Below are positions 7,596 through 16,812 of a stretch of 38,251 bases of DNA, piece after piece. The notes beneath the pieces are model-generated. The model had not been told where the DNA came from. It made no database searches and saw only the letters and a program-made list of their open reading frames with translations. The stretch is from positions 1-38,251 of the forward strand of contig JBDKVD010000097.1 of NCBI GenBank assembly GCA_039679325.1, in the 5' to 3' direction. The position numbers and the translations under genes are program-made. Origin of the DNA: Smithella sp. GTDB lineage: Bacteria; Desulfobacterota; Syntrophia; Syntrophales; Smithellaceae. Within the stretch, counting starts at the first letter, position 1, and each line of letters begins with the position of its first letter.

Positions 7596-7859
7596 ATGGA
7601 TCCGAAACAAGTTGCTAAACAAATGATCGCTTTCAATAAAGCTGCCTTTGACAATAATTTTAAAGCAATGACCGCATTACACGAACAAACGGAAACAATG
7701 ATTAATAAATTTTGGGAAAAATCACCTATGTTTCCTGAAGAGGGCAAAAAAGTAATCTCCGAGTGGTTGAGAGCTTATAAAAATGGATGCGAAAATTTAA
7801 AAAAAACTGTGGATGAAAATTTTAAAAAGGTGGAAGAATTTTTTAATAAAACAGCGTAG
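7596..7859 (+). CDS. Small K/E/N/F-rich helical protein (phasin-like?), hypothetical
   Basis: RBS aaaggagg 7 nt upstream; 87 aa beginning MDPKQVAKQMIAFNKAAFDNNFKAM... Both the gene and its 235-bp upstream region are markedly AT-rich. The family call is weak. Confidence 0.55.
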   Translation: MDPKQVAKQMIAFNKAAFDNNFKAMTALHEQTETMINKFWEKSPMFPEEGKKVISEWLRAYKNGCENLKKTVDENFKKVEEFFNKTA

Positions 7860-7944
7860 TCCATTGATAAATATATATCCACACAATATGCATAGAATCT
7901 GATTGAATTAAATGATTGCCCAATAATTGTTTAGAGGAATACCT

Positions 7945-9279
7945 GTGGCGGAAATTCAAAGGGCTTCACGCAGAGAACTGTTGGGCTGGGCAATGTTTGA
8001 TTTTGCGAACTCTTCCTATACAACAGTTATCATAACAGTTGTGTTTTGTATAATATTTCCCAGGATTATTGTAGGAGACGGTCCCCAATACCGTCTTGGT
8101 AATCTGCTATGGAGCACATCTCTGTCAATAAGCTACCTGGTTGTGCTCCTTTCAGCACCTATCCTTGGTGCAATCATGGATTATACCGGATCAAAAAAGA
8201 AATTTCTCTTTGGAAGCTATATACTGACAGTAATTGCTACAGCAGCTCTTTTTTTCGTCGGCCCGGGAAATATCATGCTGGGGATGTTTTTTATTATTTT
8301 ATCCAACATCGGTTTTTCCTACAGCGAATCTTTCGTCTCCAGCTTTCTTCCCGACCTTGGCCCGCCTGAGGATCTGGGTAAGATTTCCGGGTATGCCTGG
8401 AGCCTGGGTTATTTCGGCGGCCTCATCTCAACGGCAATCGTAATATTCGGCCTGAATGCCGGTGTGTATACGGTGGAAAATTTTTCCAACTTGCGGCTGG
8501 TGGGACCGGTGACGGGCCTGTTTTTCCTTTTAGCGGCAATTCCGACGTTTCTCTGGGTAAAAGAAAGAACTGTTCATAGACCTTTACCGGTAAATGAAAC
8601 CTATTTTACTGTCGGGCTTAAAAGATTAAAAAAAACGTTTGTGGATGTTCGGGATTACGAAGATCTTGTGATCCTTCTGGCGTCTTTTTTTTTCGCTTCT
8701 GCCGGTCTTTCCATAGTCATTGCTTTCACATTCATTTACGGAGACCAGGTTGTAAAATGGTCCCGCATGACCCAAATGTTAATGTTTATCTTAACGCAGT
8801 TTACGGCGGCGGGTGGAGCGTTTCTTTTCGGTATAATCCAGGATAAATGGCGGGCGAAACAGACCTTTATATTGACACTGGTGCTTTGGGTTGTTTCCGT
8901 GAGCCTGATTTACGGGATCATTGAAGTTACGGCTTTCTTGAACGATCTGATGGGGACTTCTCTTAAAGAGGAACATGTTTTCCTTGTCGTCGGATGCATA
9001 GCCGGATTGGGCCTGGGATCAACCCAGTCCGCATGCCGTGCCATGGTGGGTCTTTTCTCTCCGAATACAAAGTCGGGCGAGTTTTTCGGTCTTTGGAGTT
9101 TTACCGGTCGTCTTTCGTCTATTATGGGGCTCATGGGGTTGGGGCTGCTCCAGGTAATTTTCGGCCTGCAAAAGGCGATTCTTGTCTGTTCAGTTTTTTT
9201 CTTTATTGCAGTAGTTATTGTCCTTTTCGTCAATGAAGAGCGGGGCAAAATGGGTGCGCGTCAACACGCCGGCGAATAG
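7945..9279 (+). CDS. MFS transporter (UMF1/Atg22-like family)
   Basis: About 12 hydrophobic helices and the N-terminal LGWAMFDFANSSYTTVI motif typical of UMF1-type MFS proteins. GTG 7945 is preferred because RBS agagga lies 6 nt upstream; in-frame TTG 7927 is also possible. Confidence 0.7.
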   Translation: MAEIQRASRRELLGWAMFDFANSSYTTVIITVVFCIIFPRIIVGDGPQYRLGNLLWSTSLSISYLVVLLSAPILGAIMDYTGSKKKFLFGSYILTVIATAALFFVGPGNIMLGMFFIILSNIGFSYSESFVSSFLPDLGPPEDLGKISGYAWSLGYFGGLISTAIVIFGLNAGVYTVENFSNLRLVGPVTGLFFLLAAIPTFLWVKERTVHRPLPVNETYFTVGLKRLKKTFVDVRDYEDLVILLASFFFASAGLSIVIAFTFIYGDQVVKWSRMTQMLMFILTQFTAAGGAFLFGIIQDKWRAKQTFILTLVLWVVSVSLIYGIIEVTAFLNDLMGTSLKEEHVFLVVGCIAGLGLGSTQSACRAMVGLFSPNTKSGEFFGLWSFTGRLSSIMGLMGLGLLQVIFGLQKAILVCSVFFFIAVVIVLFVNEERGKMGARQHAGE

Positions 9280-9307
9280 ATAGATATTTTCGGTAGAAGG
9301 CAAACTC

Positions 9308-12145
9308 ATGAGCGGCAGAAAAACAGACAATAAGTCAGACAGAATAATGGATGTTTTACTCAATACAATTAAAGAGCTTGTATTTGAGCTTCATCCGTCC
9401 TGGCCGAAAACCCGGCTGATTTTACCGGACAGCTCACTGTCGCGTGACCTGGGGCTCGATAGTCTGGCCCGGGTAGAACTCCTTGCCCGCATTGAAAAAA
9501 GCATGGGTGTTATCCTGCCGGAAAAGATATTTATGGATGCGGAAACACCCCGTGATTTATGGCAGGCAATTGTCAGTGCCGGTAGTGCTTTCGTGTCTGC
9601 TCCCTCTATAGAAATAAAAGTGGAGCAGATGGATGAAGCATACGACCTGCCCTACAGCGCCAAAACATTGGTAGATGTTTTAAACTGGCATATAGCAGCC
9701 CATCCGGATAGACCCCATGTCCGCTTATACAGCGACGAAGGGGAAGGAGAAGTCCTGACCTACAGGCAGCTCGGAGAAGGGTCGCAGGCTGTAGCTGCCG
9801 GCCTTCAGGAAAAAGGACTGTTGCCGGGGGATACTGTCTCCATCATGCTGCCCACGGGGCAGGATTACTTTTTTACTTTTTGGGGTATTTTACTTGCCGG
9901 CGGCGTACCTGTTCCCATCTATCCACCTTTTCGTCTGAGCCAGCTTGAAGACCATTTGCGAAGGCACAGCACCATTCTCCGAAACTGCGGCGCCAAAATG
10001 ATGGTTATAGTTCCGGAAGCCAGGCGCTTCGGTCAGTTTCTCAAAGCGCAAGTCGATACTATGCACACTCTTACAACCGTCCGGGAATTAAACTCCACCG
10101 GAGCGATCTATAAAAAGATCAATCCATCCATGCATGATATTGCCTTCATCCAATATACATCCGGAAGCACGGGGAATCCCAAAGGGGTAATGCTCACCCA
10201 CGCCAATCTCCTTGCCAATATACGCGCACTGGGTGAAGCGGTGCAGGTGAAATCCACGGATGTGATTGTCAGCTGGCTGCCTCTCTACCATGATATGGGT
10301 TTGATCGGAACCTGGTTCAGCAGTATTTACTATGCCGCTTTCATAGTAATCATGTCTCCGCTCAGCTTTATCTCCCGGCCGCAACGCTGGCTTTGGGCAA
10401 TTCATCGCTGGCGGGGCACTATTTCGGCCGCCCCTAATTTTGCTTATGAATTATGTCTGAAGAGATTAACGGACGAAGATGTTAAAGGACTTGATCTGTC
10501 TTCCTGGAGAGTTGCCTGCAACGGAGCGGAACCGGTGAGTCCCAATACTGTAGAAAATTTCTGCCGGCAATTCGGCAAGTATGGCTTCAGGCGCGAGGCG
10601 TTGATGCCTGTCTATGGTTTGGCGGAATGCTCTGTCGGACTGGCATTTCCACCTCTTAATCGCGGCCCCATTATTGACAGGATTAATCGTGATGATTTTG
10701 CCAATACCGGCCATGCCATACCATCGGCTGATACTGATGATCGTGTTTTGCAGTTTGTTGCCTGCGGCCGGCCGTTGCCCGGTCATGAGATCCGCATTGT
10801 AGATGCCGCCGGCCGGGAATTGCCGGAGCGCTACGAGGGGAGACTTCATTTCCGGGGGCCGTCGGCTACAGCCGGATATTATCGCAATGCCGAAGATACT
10901 AAGCAACTCTTTCAGGGCGATTGGCTGGATTCCGGTGATATGGCTTATATCGCAGGCGGTGATGTCTTTATCACGGGACGAAAAAAAGACATCATCATCC
11001 GCGCGGGGCGAAATATCTATCCCCAGGAACTCGAAGAGGCCGTCGGCATAATTTCGGGTGTCAGAAAAGGCAATGTTGTCGTGTTTGCTGCGGAAGATAA
11101 AGCCAATCAAACGGAAAAACTGGTGGTAATGGTGGAGACGCGGGAAGATGATCCGCAAAAATTAAACACCCTGAAAGAGGAGATCAATTCCATAGCCATG
11201 GATTTAGTAGGAACGGCTGCGGATGAAGTAGTCCTGGCGCCGCCGGGAACCGTTCTGAAAACATCCAGTGGTAAAATCCGCCGGGCAGCTAATCGCGGTC
11301 TTTATGAAAGCGGCCAGATCGGCAAGGGCAACAAAGCAGGGTGGCGGCAAATAGTGCGTATTGCCGCGTCTGGAATATTGCCGGAATTCAGACGCATGTG
11401 GCATGCCGGTTTAAACGGAATTTACGCCGCTTATTGCTGGATGCTGCTGTTACTTATGACACCAATTGTCTGGTCGTCGGTTATTCTGCTGCCTGTGTCC
11501 CATTGGCGATGGAATCTGACGAAAAAAATGGCACTTTTTCTCGTCCATGCTTCATTCACATCTCTTTTTATACAGGGAAAGGAAAATCTATCCGGCAAAC
11601 GTTCCTGTATATTAGTGGCCAATCATGCCAGTTATCTGGATGGCTTGATCATGGTTGCTGCACTGCCGTTGGAATTCGGCTTTGTTGCTAAAGCCGAACT
11701 GGGCGGAAGCTTTCTGCTGCGTGTATTTTTGAAACGGATTCAAACGGAATTTGTGGAGAGATTTGATACACTGAAAGGAATTGATGATGCCCGTCGTATT
11801 GCTGCAGCAGCGCGCCAAAGCCGCAGCCTGCTCTTCTTTGCAGAAGGGACATTTACCCGCATTCCGGGACTCCGCCCTTTTCATATGGGGGCATTCGAGG
11901 CAGCGGTTGAGGCTGATATTCCGGTTGTTCCTGTGGCGATCCGCGGCACACGATCTGTTCTGCGTGATAAAAGCCGCTTTCCGCGGCGCGGTGCAGTTAT
12001 TGTGACAATCGGAAAACCTGTTGAACCCCGCAGTATGCAGGATCCGATTGCACCGGATTTATGGACAACAGCAATAAAAATGCGCGATGCCGCCCGAGAG
12101 CACATCCTGCGGCATTGCGGTGAACCGGATCTTGGTGCGCAATGA
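9308..12145 (+). CDS. Tri-domain fusion of an acyl carrier domain, a fatty-acyl-AMP ligase or acyl-ACP synthetase, a TM segment and a PlsC-type acyltransferase (Aas-like)
   Basis: PP-binding motif DLGLDSLARVEL. Adenylation cores YTSGSTGNPKGVMLTH, GDMAY..ITGRKKDIII..GRNIYPQELE and SSGKIRR. Hydrophobic stretch IYAAYCWMLLLLMTPIVWSSVILLPV. Acyltransferase motifs VANHASYLDG (HX4D), FAEGTFTR and VVPVAIRG. Confidence 0.8.
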   Translation: MSGRKTDNKSDRIMDVLLNTIKELVFELHPSWPKTRLILPDSSLSRDLGLDSLARVELLARIEKSMGVILPEKIFMDAETPRDLWQAIVSAGSAFVSAPSIEIKVEQMDEAYDLPYSAKTLVDVLNWHIAAHPDRPHVRLYSDEGEGEVLTYRQLGEGSQAVAAGLQEKGLLPGDTVSIMLPTGQDYFFTFWGILLAGGVPVPIYPPFRLSQLEDHLRRHSTILRNCGAKMMVIVPEARRFGQFLKAQVDTMHTLTTVRELNSTGAIYKKINPSMHDIAFIQYTSGSTGNPKGVMLTHANLLANIRALGEAVQVKSTDVIVSWLPLYHDMGLIGTWFSSIYYAAFIVIMSPLSFISRPQRWLWAIHRWRGTISAAPNFAYELCLKRLTDEDVKGLDLSSWRVACNGAEPVSPNTVENFCRQFGKYGFRREALMPVYGLAECSVGLAFPPLNRGPIIDRINRDDFANTGHAIPSADTDDRVLQFVACGRPLPGHEIRIVDAAGRELPERYEGRLHFRGPSATAGYYRNAEDTKQLFQGDWLDSGDMAYIAGGDVFITGRKKDIIIRAGRNIYPQELEEAVGIISGVRKGNVVVFAAEDKANQTEKLVVMVETREDDPQKLNTLKEEINSIAMDLVGTAADEVVLAPPGTVLKTSSGKIRRAANRGLYESGQIGKGNKAGWRQIVRIAASGILPEFRRMWHAGLNGIYAAYCWMLLLLMTPIVWSSVILLPVSHWRWNLTKKMALFLVHASFTSLFIQGKENLSGKRSCILVANHASYLDGLIMVAALPLEFGFVAKAELGGSFLLRVFLKRIQTEFVERFDTLKGIDDARRIAAAARQSRSLLFFAEGTFTRIPGLRPFHMGAFEAAVEADIPVVPVAIRGTRSVLRDKSRFPRRGAVIVTIGKPVEPRSMQDPIAPDLWTTAIKMRDAAREHILRHCGEPDLGAQ

Positions 12146-12218
12146 TAGGCGATTTCGTTTTTTACGAGGTATTTGACGGACGCTTTGAAGGCAAACAGGT
12201 ACCGGATGGTATCAGATA

Positions 12219-13610
12219 TCAGTCAATCCAATCATCGACGATATTCAGTCTTTTTAATTTTTCCACTAACGTGGTGCGATTAAGGTTAAGGAGTTTGGCG
12301 GCTTTGTTTTTTACACCACCGCTCATTTTTAAAGCTTTCAACAAAAGGTCCTTTTCCAGCTGGCTTACGCATTCATTAAAATTAAAGCCTTCTTCCGTTA
12401 TCTCTATATTGGAACTGTCATCGCTGGTTTTGGGCATACTGCGGAATTTTGACGGCAGATCTTCGGCGCAAATTTCTCCTTCTTCTTTCATTACTACAAG
12501 CATTTCAATCAGGTTTTGAAGTTCGCGTACATTACCCGGCCACTGATATTGTTTCAGATATTTAACGGCGTCAGGAGCAATGCTTGTAATATTTTTCTTT
12601 TTTAATTTATTAAAATTCATCAGGAAGTGATTAGCCAGAATCAGGATATCCGAATTGCGTTCGCGCAATGGCGGCAAATGAATGGGAATAACATTTATAC
12701 GATAATAAAGATCCTCGCGGAATCGTTTTTCCTCGACTGCCTTTTCCAGATTTTGATTGGTAGCAGTAATTATGCGGACATCGGCATTAATTGTTTTTAC
12801 GCCGCCAATCCGTTCAAATTGCCTTTCCTGAAGGACCCTCAGGACTTTAACTTGCAGTGAGGGACTCATGTCGCCAATTTCATCGAGGAATATTGTTCCA
12901 CCCTGAGCAAGTTCAAACCTCCCCATTCTGCTGCGAATTGCTCCGGTAAATGCGCCCTTTTCATGACCGAACAGTTCGCTTTCCAGCAGATCTTCAGGTA
13001 TGGCGCCGCAATTAACGGAAATCAAGGGCTGGTTGCTTCTGTCGCTTTTAAAGTGAATGGCCCGGGCAACCAATTCCTTGCCTGTGCCGCTTTCGCCTTC
13101 GATGAGAATGGTGCTGTCGGAAGCGGAAACCTTGTCTATTATGTTGAAGACCTTTTGCATACAATCGCTGTAACCGATCATTTTGTCGAAGTTCTGTCTC
13201 TCTTTGAGATGAACTCGAAGAGTTATGTTCTCTTCGCGCAATTTAGCAAACGACATGGCCCTATCGACCGATAGTTTAACCAGATCTTCTTTGATGGGTT
13301 TGGTGATGAAATCGAAGGCGCCCAGTTTCATAGATTCTACAGCTGCATCTATGGTACCGTGGCCGGTGATCATAATGACAATGTTGTCCTTATTGGCGTT
13401 CTTAAGATATTGAAGGAATTCCAAACCGTCAACGTGGGGCATTCGCAAGTCGGTAATTACCATGTCAAATTTGTCTTCCAGAAAAGCTTCAATTCCTTCC
13501 CTTCCGTCACAGACAGTTTTGACTTCATACCCGTTTTCTGCAAGTAGTTCCGCCAGGTTTTCCCTGTTGAGTTCATTATCCTCGGCAATCAGAATTTTAC
13601 CTTGTCTCAT
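12219..13610 (-). CDS. Sigma-54-dependent response regulator (NtrC family) with no adjacent kinase
   Basis: Receiver (KILIAEDNELNR, MVITDLRMPHVDG), AAA+ domain (GESGTGKE, EKGAFTGA) and C-terminal HTH (AAKLLNLNRTTLVEKLKRL). ATG 13610 (MRQGKILIAED) is preferred over GTG 13655. Confidence 0.85.
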   Translation of the reverse strand: MRQGKILIAEDNELNRENLAELLAENGYEVKTVCDGREGIEAFLEDKFDMVITDLRMPHVDGLEFLQYLKNANKDNIVIMITGHGTIDAAVESMKLGAFDFITKPIKEDLVKLSVDRAMSFAKLREENITLRVHLKERQNFDKMIGYSDCMQKVFNIIDKVSASDSTILIEGESGTGKELVARAIHFKSDRSNQPLISVNCGAIPEDLLESELFGHEKGAFTGAIRSRMGRFELAQGGTIFLDEIGDMSPSLQVKVLRVLQERQFERIGGVKTINADVRIITATNQNLEKAVEEKRFREDLYYRINVIPIHLPPLRERNSDILILANHFLMNFNKLKKKNITSIAPDAVKYLKQYQWPGNVRELQNLIEMLVVMKEEGEICAEDLPSKFRSMPKTSDDSSNIEITEEGFNFNECVSQLEKDLLLKALKMSGGVKNKAAKLLNLNRTTLVEKLKRLNIVDDWID

Positions 13611-13917
13611 ATCGTATCCAAAGGCTACCTTTAATAGAGTTGCCGCAGTGGGCACGGCTTATTGTTGTCTCAAGATAAATATGCGGAATAAATAATATAA
13701 AAAGCGTCAAAAAACAATCATAATTTTTATTCAGCGTCAATTAATTTGCGACAGGTGTTATTTCCATGAAAATACTCTTAAGTATTTCATATTTTTTGCC
13801 GAACAAAAAAACAATATTTGACGACTTTTTTATTATAACAAATTAACAGGATAATATGTATTACTCAATATTGATCATATTTCCTGATACAGTCGGGAAA
13901 TGGAGTTGTTGATCCTC

Positions 13918-13933
13918 TGGTATAGATATTGCT
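13918..13933 (+). promoter_or_regulatory. Candidate sigma-54 (-24/-12) promoter upstream of the che cluster
   Basis: TGGTATAGATATTGCT matches GG-N10-GC and TGGYAY-N5-TTGCW. It lies about 250 nt upstream of the cheR ATG, which implies a long leader and lowers confidence. Confidence 0.5.
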
Positions 13934-14181
13934 TTTAGCTTATGAAGTGGTTTTCCAATAAAATCTCTCTAAATTGAAAAAAATAATCTTGACGGTTAGT
14001 AATACTGGTACTTGAAAAAATCAAAGCGGCAGTAAATGCAAACCATCCGATTTTTATTGTAATGAGTGCATCGCGAAAAAAAAGAAACTGTCGATAGTGG
14101 TAAATTCTCGAATTAGTTTGATGGCTTGATGCGGAAGTTTTAACATAATCTTAAATCATGACAATGAATTGATGGTTTAAA

Positions 14182-15006
14182 ATGATGTCTGAGCTGAACG
14201 ATAACGACTTTGAAAAGATCAGCAAATTAGTTTACGAACTTTGTGGAATAAATCTTCATGAAGGAAAGAAGGAATTAGTCAAGGCTCGCCTGGGTAAGCG
14301 GTTGCGGGAAGGCAACTATAAATCGTTTAAAGATTATTTTAACTATGTGACGACAAATGAGGGTAAAGATGAATTGATCACAATGATCGATTCCATTTCG
14401 ACCAATTTGACGTCCTTTTATCGTGAAGAAAGTCATTTTGCCAGGTTACAGTCAATCGTCTCATCGATATTGGAAAAAACCGGTTCACGTGATTTTGTTC
14501 CGAAATTTAATGTCTGGTCTGCCGGGTGTTCTACGGGGGAAGAGCCGTATACAATTGCCATAACCATAAAGGAAGTGGCTAAAATGAGGCAGTTGGACGC
14601 CAGGATTTTTGCTACGGACATTTCCACAAGAGTATTACAGGTAGCCCAAACCGGTATTTATCCTGAAGACAGGATAAAAAAGATAGACGCTTCCATTTTG
14701 GGAAAATATTTCCAAATGGGAACCGGCCGTTCCAGAGGCTACTTCCGCGTCAAAAAGGATATTAAAGACATGATTACTTTCGAACGGCTTAATCTGATGA
14801 ATCAATTTTCACCGGACTATAATTTTGATGTAATCTTTTGCCGTAATGTAATGATTTATTTTGATAAATATACGCAGGCCCGCTTGGTTGACAAATATTA
14901 CAACAGCTTAAAAAAAGAAGGCTACTTTTTTGTGGGACATTCGGAAAGTTTAACCGGTTTGACGCATTCTTTTAAATACATAGAACCCAGTGTTTATCAA
15001 AAGTGA
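14182..15006 (+). CDS. cheR: Chemotaxis protein methyltransferase CheR
   Basis: N-terminal helical domain (FEKISKLVYELCGINL) and SAM-binding motif VWSAGCSTGEEPYTIAI, plus IFCRNVMIYF. Confidence 0.9.
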   Translation: MMSELNDNDFEKISKLVYELCGINLHEGKKELVKARLGKRLREGNYKSFKDYFNYVTTNEGKDELITMIDSISTNLTSFYREESHFARLQSIVSSILEKTGSRDFVPKFNVWSAGCSTGEEPYTIAITIKEVAKMRQLDARIFATDISTRVLQVAQTGIYPEDRIKKIDASILGKYFQMGTGRSRGYFRVKKDIKDMITFERLNLMNQFSPDYNFDVIFCRNVMIYFDKYTQARLVDKYYNSLKKEGYFFVGHSESLTGLTHSFKYIEPSVYQK

Positions 15007-15010
15007 TTAT

Positions 15011-15493
15011 ATGAGCGATTTAATTGTAGGAATATCGGATATAAAAGTAAGTAATAACACTCAGGACATACTCGTAACTTATGCATTAGGGTCCTGCATA
15101 GGGATAGTTGTTTTTGATCCGATTGCGAAAGTGGGGGGGATGCTGCATTACATGTTACCCGATTCAAATCTGGATCAAAATAAAGCCAGGGAAAATCCGG
15201 CAATGTTCGCCGATACAGGGATCCCGTTATTGTTTAAAGCCTGCTACAAAATGGGTGCGGAAAAAAAGAGAATGCTTGTCAAAGTGGCCGGTGGAGCAAG
15301 CATACTGGATGACACTAATTATTTCCGTATCGGGCAAAAGAACATTATGGCCATGCGAAAAATATTCTGGAAGAATAATGTCATGATCGACAAGGAAGAT
15401 ACGGGGGCGAACTATAACCGTACTATCCGCCTGGAAATGTCCACAGGCAAAGTTTTTGTCCGTAGTTCCGGAGGTGAAATGAAAGAACTATGA
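15011..15493 (+). CDS. cheD: Chemoreceptor glutamine deamidase CheD
   Basis: MSDLIVGISDIKV..LVTYALGSCIGIVVFD carries the catalytic Cys motif; 160 aa. ATG 15011 lies just after the cheR stop. Confidence 0.85.
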   Translation: MSDLIVGISDIKVSNNTQDILVTYALGSCIGIVVFDPIAKVGGMLHYMLPDSNLDQNKARENPAMFADTGIPLLFKACYKMGAEKKRMLVKVAGGASILDDTNYFRIGQKNIMAMRKIFWKNNVMIDKEDTGANYNRTIRLEMSTGKVFVRSSGGEMKEL

Positions 15494-16341
15494 AGACAGT
15501 AGATCGCATATTAAAATCAGTTAATACAATTCCCGCCTTTCCGGCAACCGGCAACAAGGTCGCGCAGCTTCTGAATAAACCGGATTATTCCGTAACGGAA
15601 GTAGCAAATGTAATTAAATTTGATCCGTCCATAACGGCAAATATTTTAAAGATGGCCAATTCCGCCTATTTCGGATCCCGTCATAAAATCAGCACTATTA
15701 ACGATGCCGTAGTTTATCTTGGTCAAAAAAACCTGTTAAGAGCAATTCAGACAGCGGGTGTTTCTAAATATTATAAGAAAGGCGCTTATGGATACTATGA
15801 TAAGGTAACCGATTTATGGGAACATTCAGTAGCGGTGGCTTTAATGTCGCAGATTATTTCGAAGAAAATAACCGGACAGGAAGACACGACCCTTTATACT
15901 GCCGCACTTCTTCATGATGTGGGGAAAATTATCATGGGTGAATTTGTCCGTGATTCTCTGGTAAAAATATCCGCACTTGTTTCAACTCAGCGTGTATCTT
16001 TTGTGGAAGCAGAGCAATTTGTTATAGGAATCAATCATGCGGAGTTGGGCGGTAAAATTGCAGCCTACTGGAATTTCCCCATAGAAATCAGAGAGGCCAT
16101 ATCTTTCCATCACCGGCCTGATCTATTGGAAAAAGAAGAAAAGATGATGCCCTGGATTGTTTACATGGCCGATCAAGCTTGTTTGATGCTGGGGTTCGGT
16201 GGTGGAATTGACGGACTGTCCTATCGTGCCGTCGATCAGGTATTAAAGAAATTTAATTTAAAAATGAAAGATTTGGAAATGAGCATGGTTTTACTTGCGG
16301 ACGATTTGAATCATGCCAGGGAAATTATCAATATTATATGA
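15490..16341 (+). CDS. HDOD domain protein embedded in the che cluster
   Basis: ATGA overlap with cheD. LPAFPATGNKVAQLL..PDYSVTEVANVIKFDPSITANILKMANSAYFG, followed by HS..VA.. and LLHDVGK, is the HDOD signature. Confidence 0.8.
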   Translation: MKTVDRILKSVNTIPAFPATGNKVAQLLNKPDYSVTEVANVIKFDPSITANILKMANSAYFGSRHKISTINDAVVYLGQKNLLRAIQTAGVSKYYKKGAYGYYDKVTDLWEHSVAVALMSQIISKKITGQEDTTLYTAALLHDVGKIIMGEFVRDSLVKISALVSTQRVSFVEAEQFVIGINHAELGGKIAAYWNFPIEIREAISFHHRPDLLEKEEKMMPWIVYMADQACLMLGFGGGIDGLSYRAVDQVLKKFNLKMKDLEMSMVLLADDLNHAREIINII

Positions 16342-16380
16342 AAAATAACGTAGTCGAACATAAAGAGGGAAGGTAACATC

Positions 16381-16812
16381 ATGTCGTTCAATGTATTAAT
16401 CGTCGATGACTCCGGTTCCATGAGGGCCATTATTAAGAAGATCATTACTATTTCCGGATTTCAAATGGATCAATGTTTCGAGGCCGGAAACGGAAAAGAA
16501 GCCATGGAAGTGCTTTCGGAAAATTGGATCGACATCATAGTCTCCGACATAAATATGCCGGAAGTAAACGGCCTGGAATTTCTGGATCGGCTGAGAAAAA
16601 ATGAAACATTAAAAGAAATCCCGGTGATTATGATTACAACCGAAGGAAGTTCCGAACGTATGCAGGAAGCCTTTAATCGAGGGGCAAAAGGTTTCATCAA
16701 GAAGCCTTTCTTGCCGGAAGACATTAAAAAAATCCTTTTCCAGGTCATAGGAGTTTCCGAAAATGGGGGATACAATGAAGATAAAACAATTGCTGATGAA
16801 TGCGATTTTTGA
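16381..16812 (+). CDS. cheY: CheY-like single-domain response regulator with a short C-terminal tail
   Basis: VLIVDDSGSMR, IIVSDINMPEVNGLEFL, PVIMITTEG and GFIKKPF; 143 aa. Confidence 0.85.
   Translation: MSFNVLIVDDSGSMRAIIKKIITISGFQMDQCFEAGNGKEAMEVLSENWIDIIVSDINMPEVNGLEFLDRLRKNETLKEIPVIMITTEGSSERMQEAFNRGAKGFIKKPFLPEDIKKILFQVIGVSENGGYNEDKTIADECDF

Noticed and set aside
10466-11158. 230-aa minus-strand ORF inside the FAAL fusion gene.
   Set aside because: It is antisense to a region carrying the adenylation core motifs, and has no RBS or recognisable domain.
12142-12519. 125-aa plus-strand ORF starting at the FAAL fusion stop codon.
   Set aside because: It is antisense to the HTH-encoding 3' end of the sigma-54 regulator, and its N-terminus is just the ttttttacgag repeat half-site read in frame (FVFYEV).
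13766-13846. 26-aa ORF (MKILLSISYFLPNKK...) and several even shorter ORFs in the cheR upstream gap.
   Set aside because: They have no Shine-Dalgarno sequence. Short ORFs are expected by chance in AT-rich sequence, and I cannot test their conservation.
14033-14054. Sigma-28-like motif TAAA-N10-CCGATTTT upstream of cheR, and a similar TAAA-N10-CCGATTAT at 23937-23958.
   Set aside because: The spacing is about 5-6 nt too short for the FliA consensus (TAAAGTTT-N11-GCCGATAA), and the -10 halves are imperfect.
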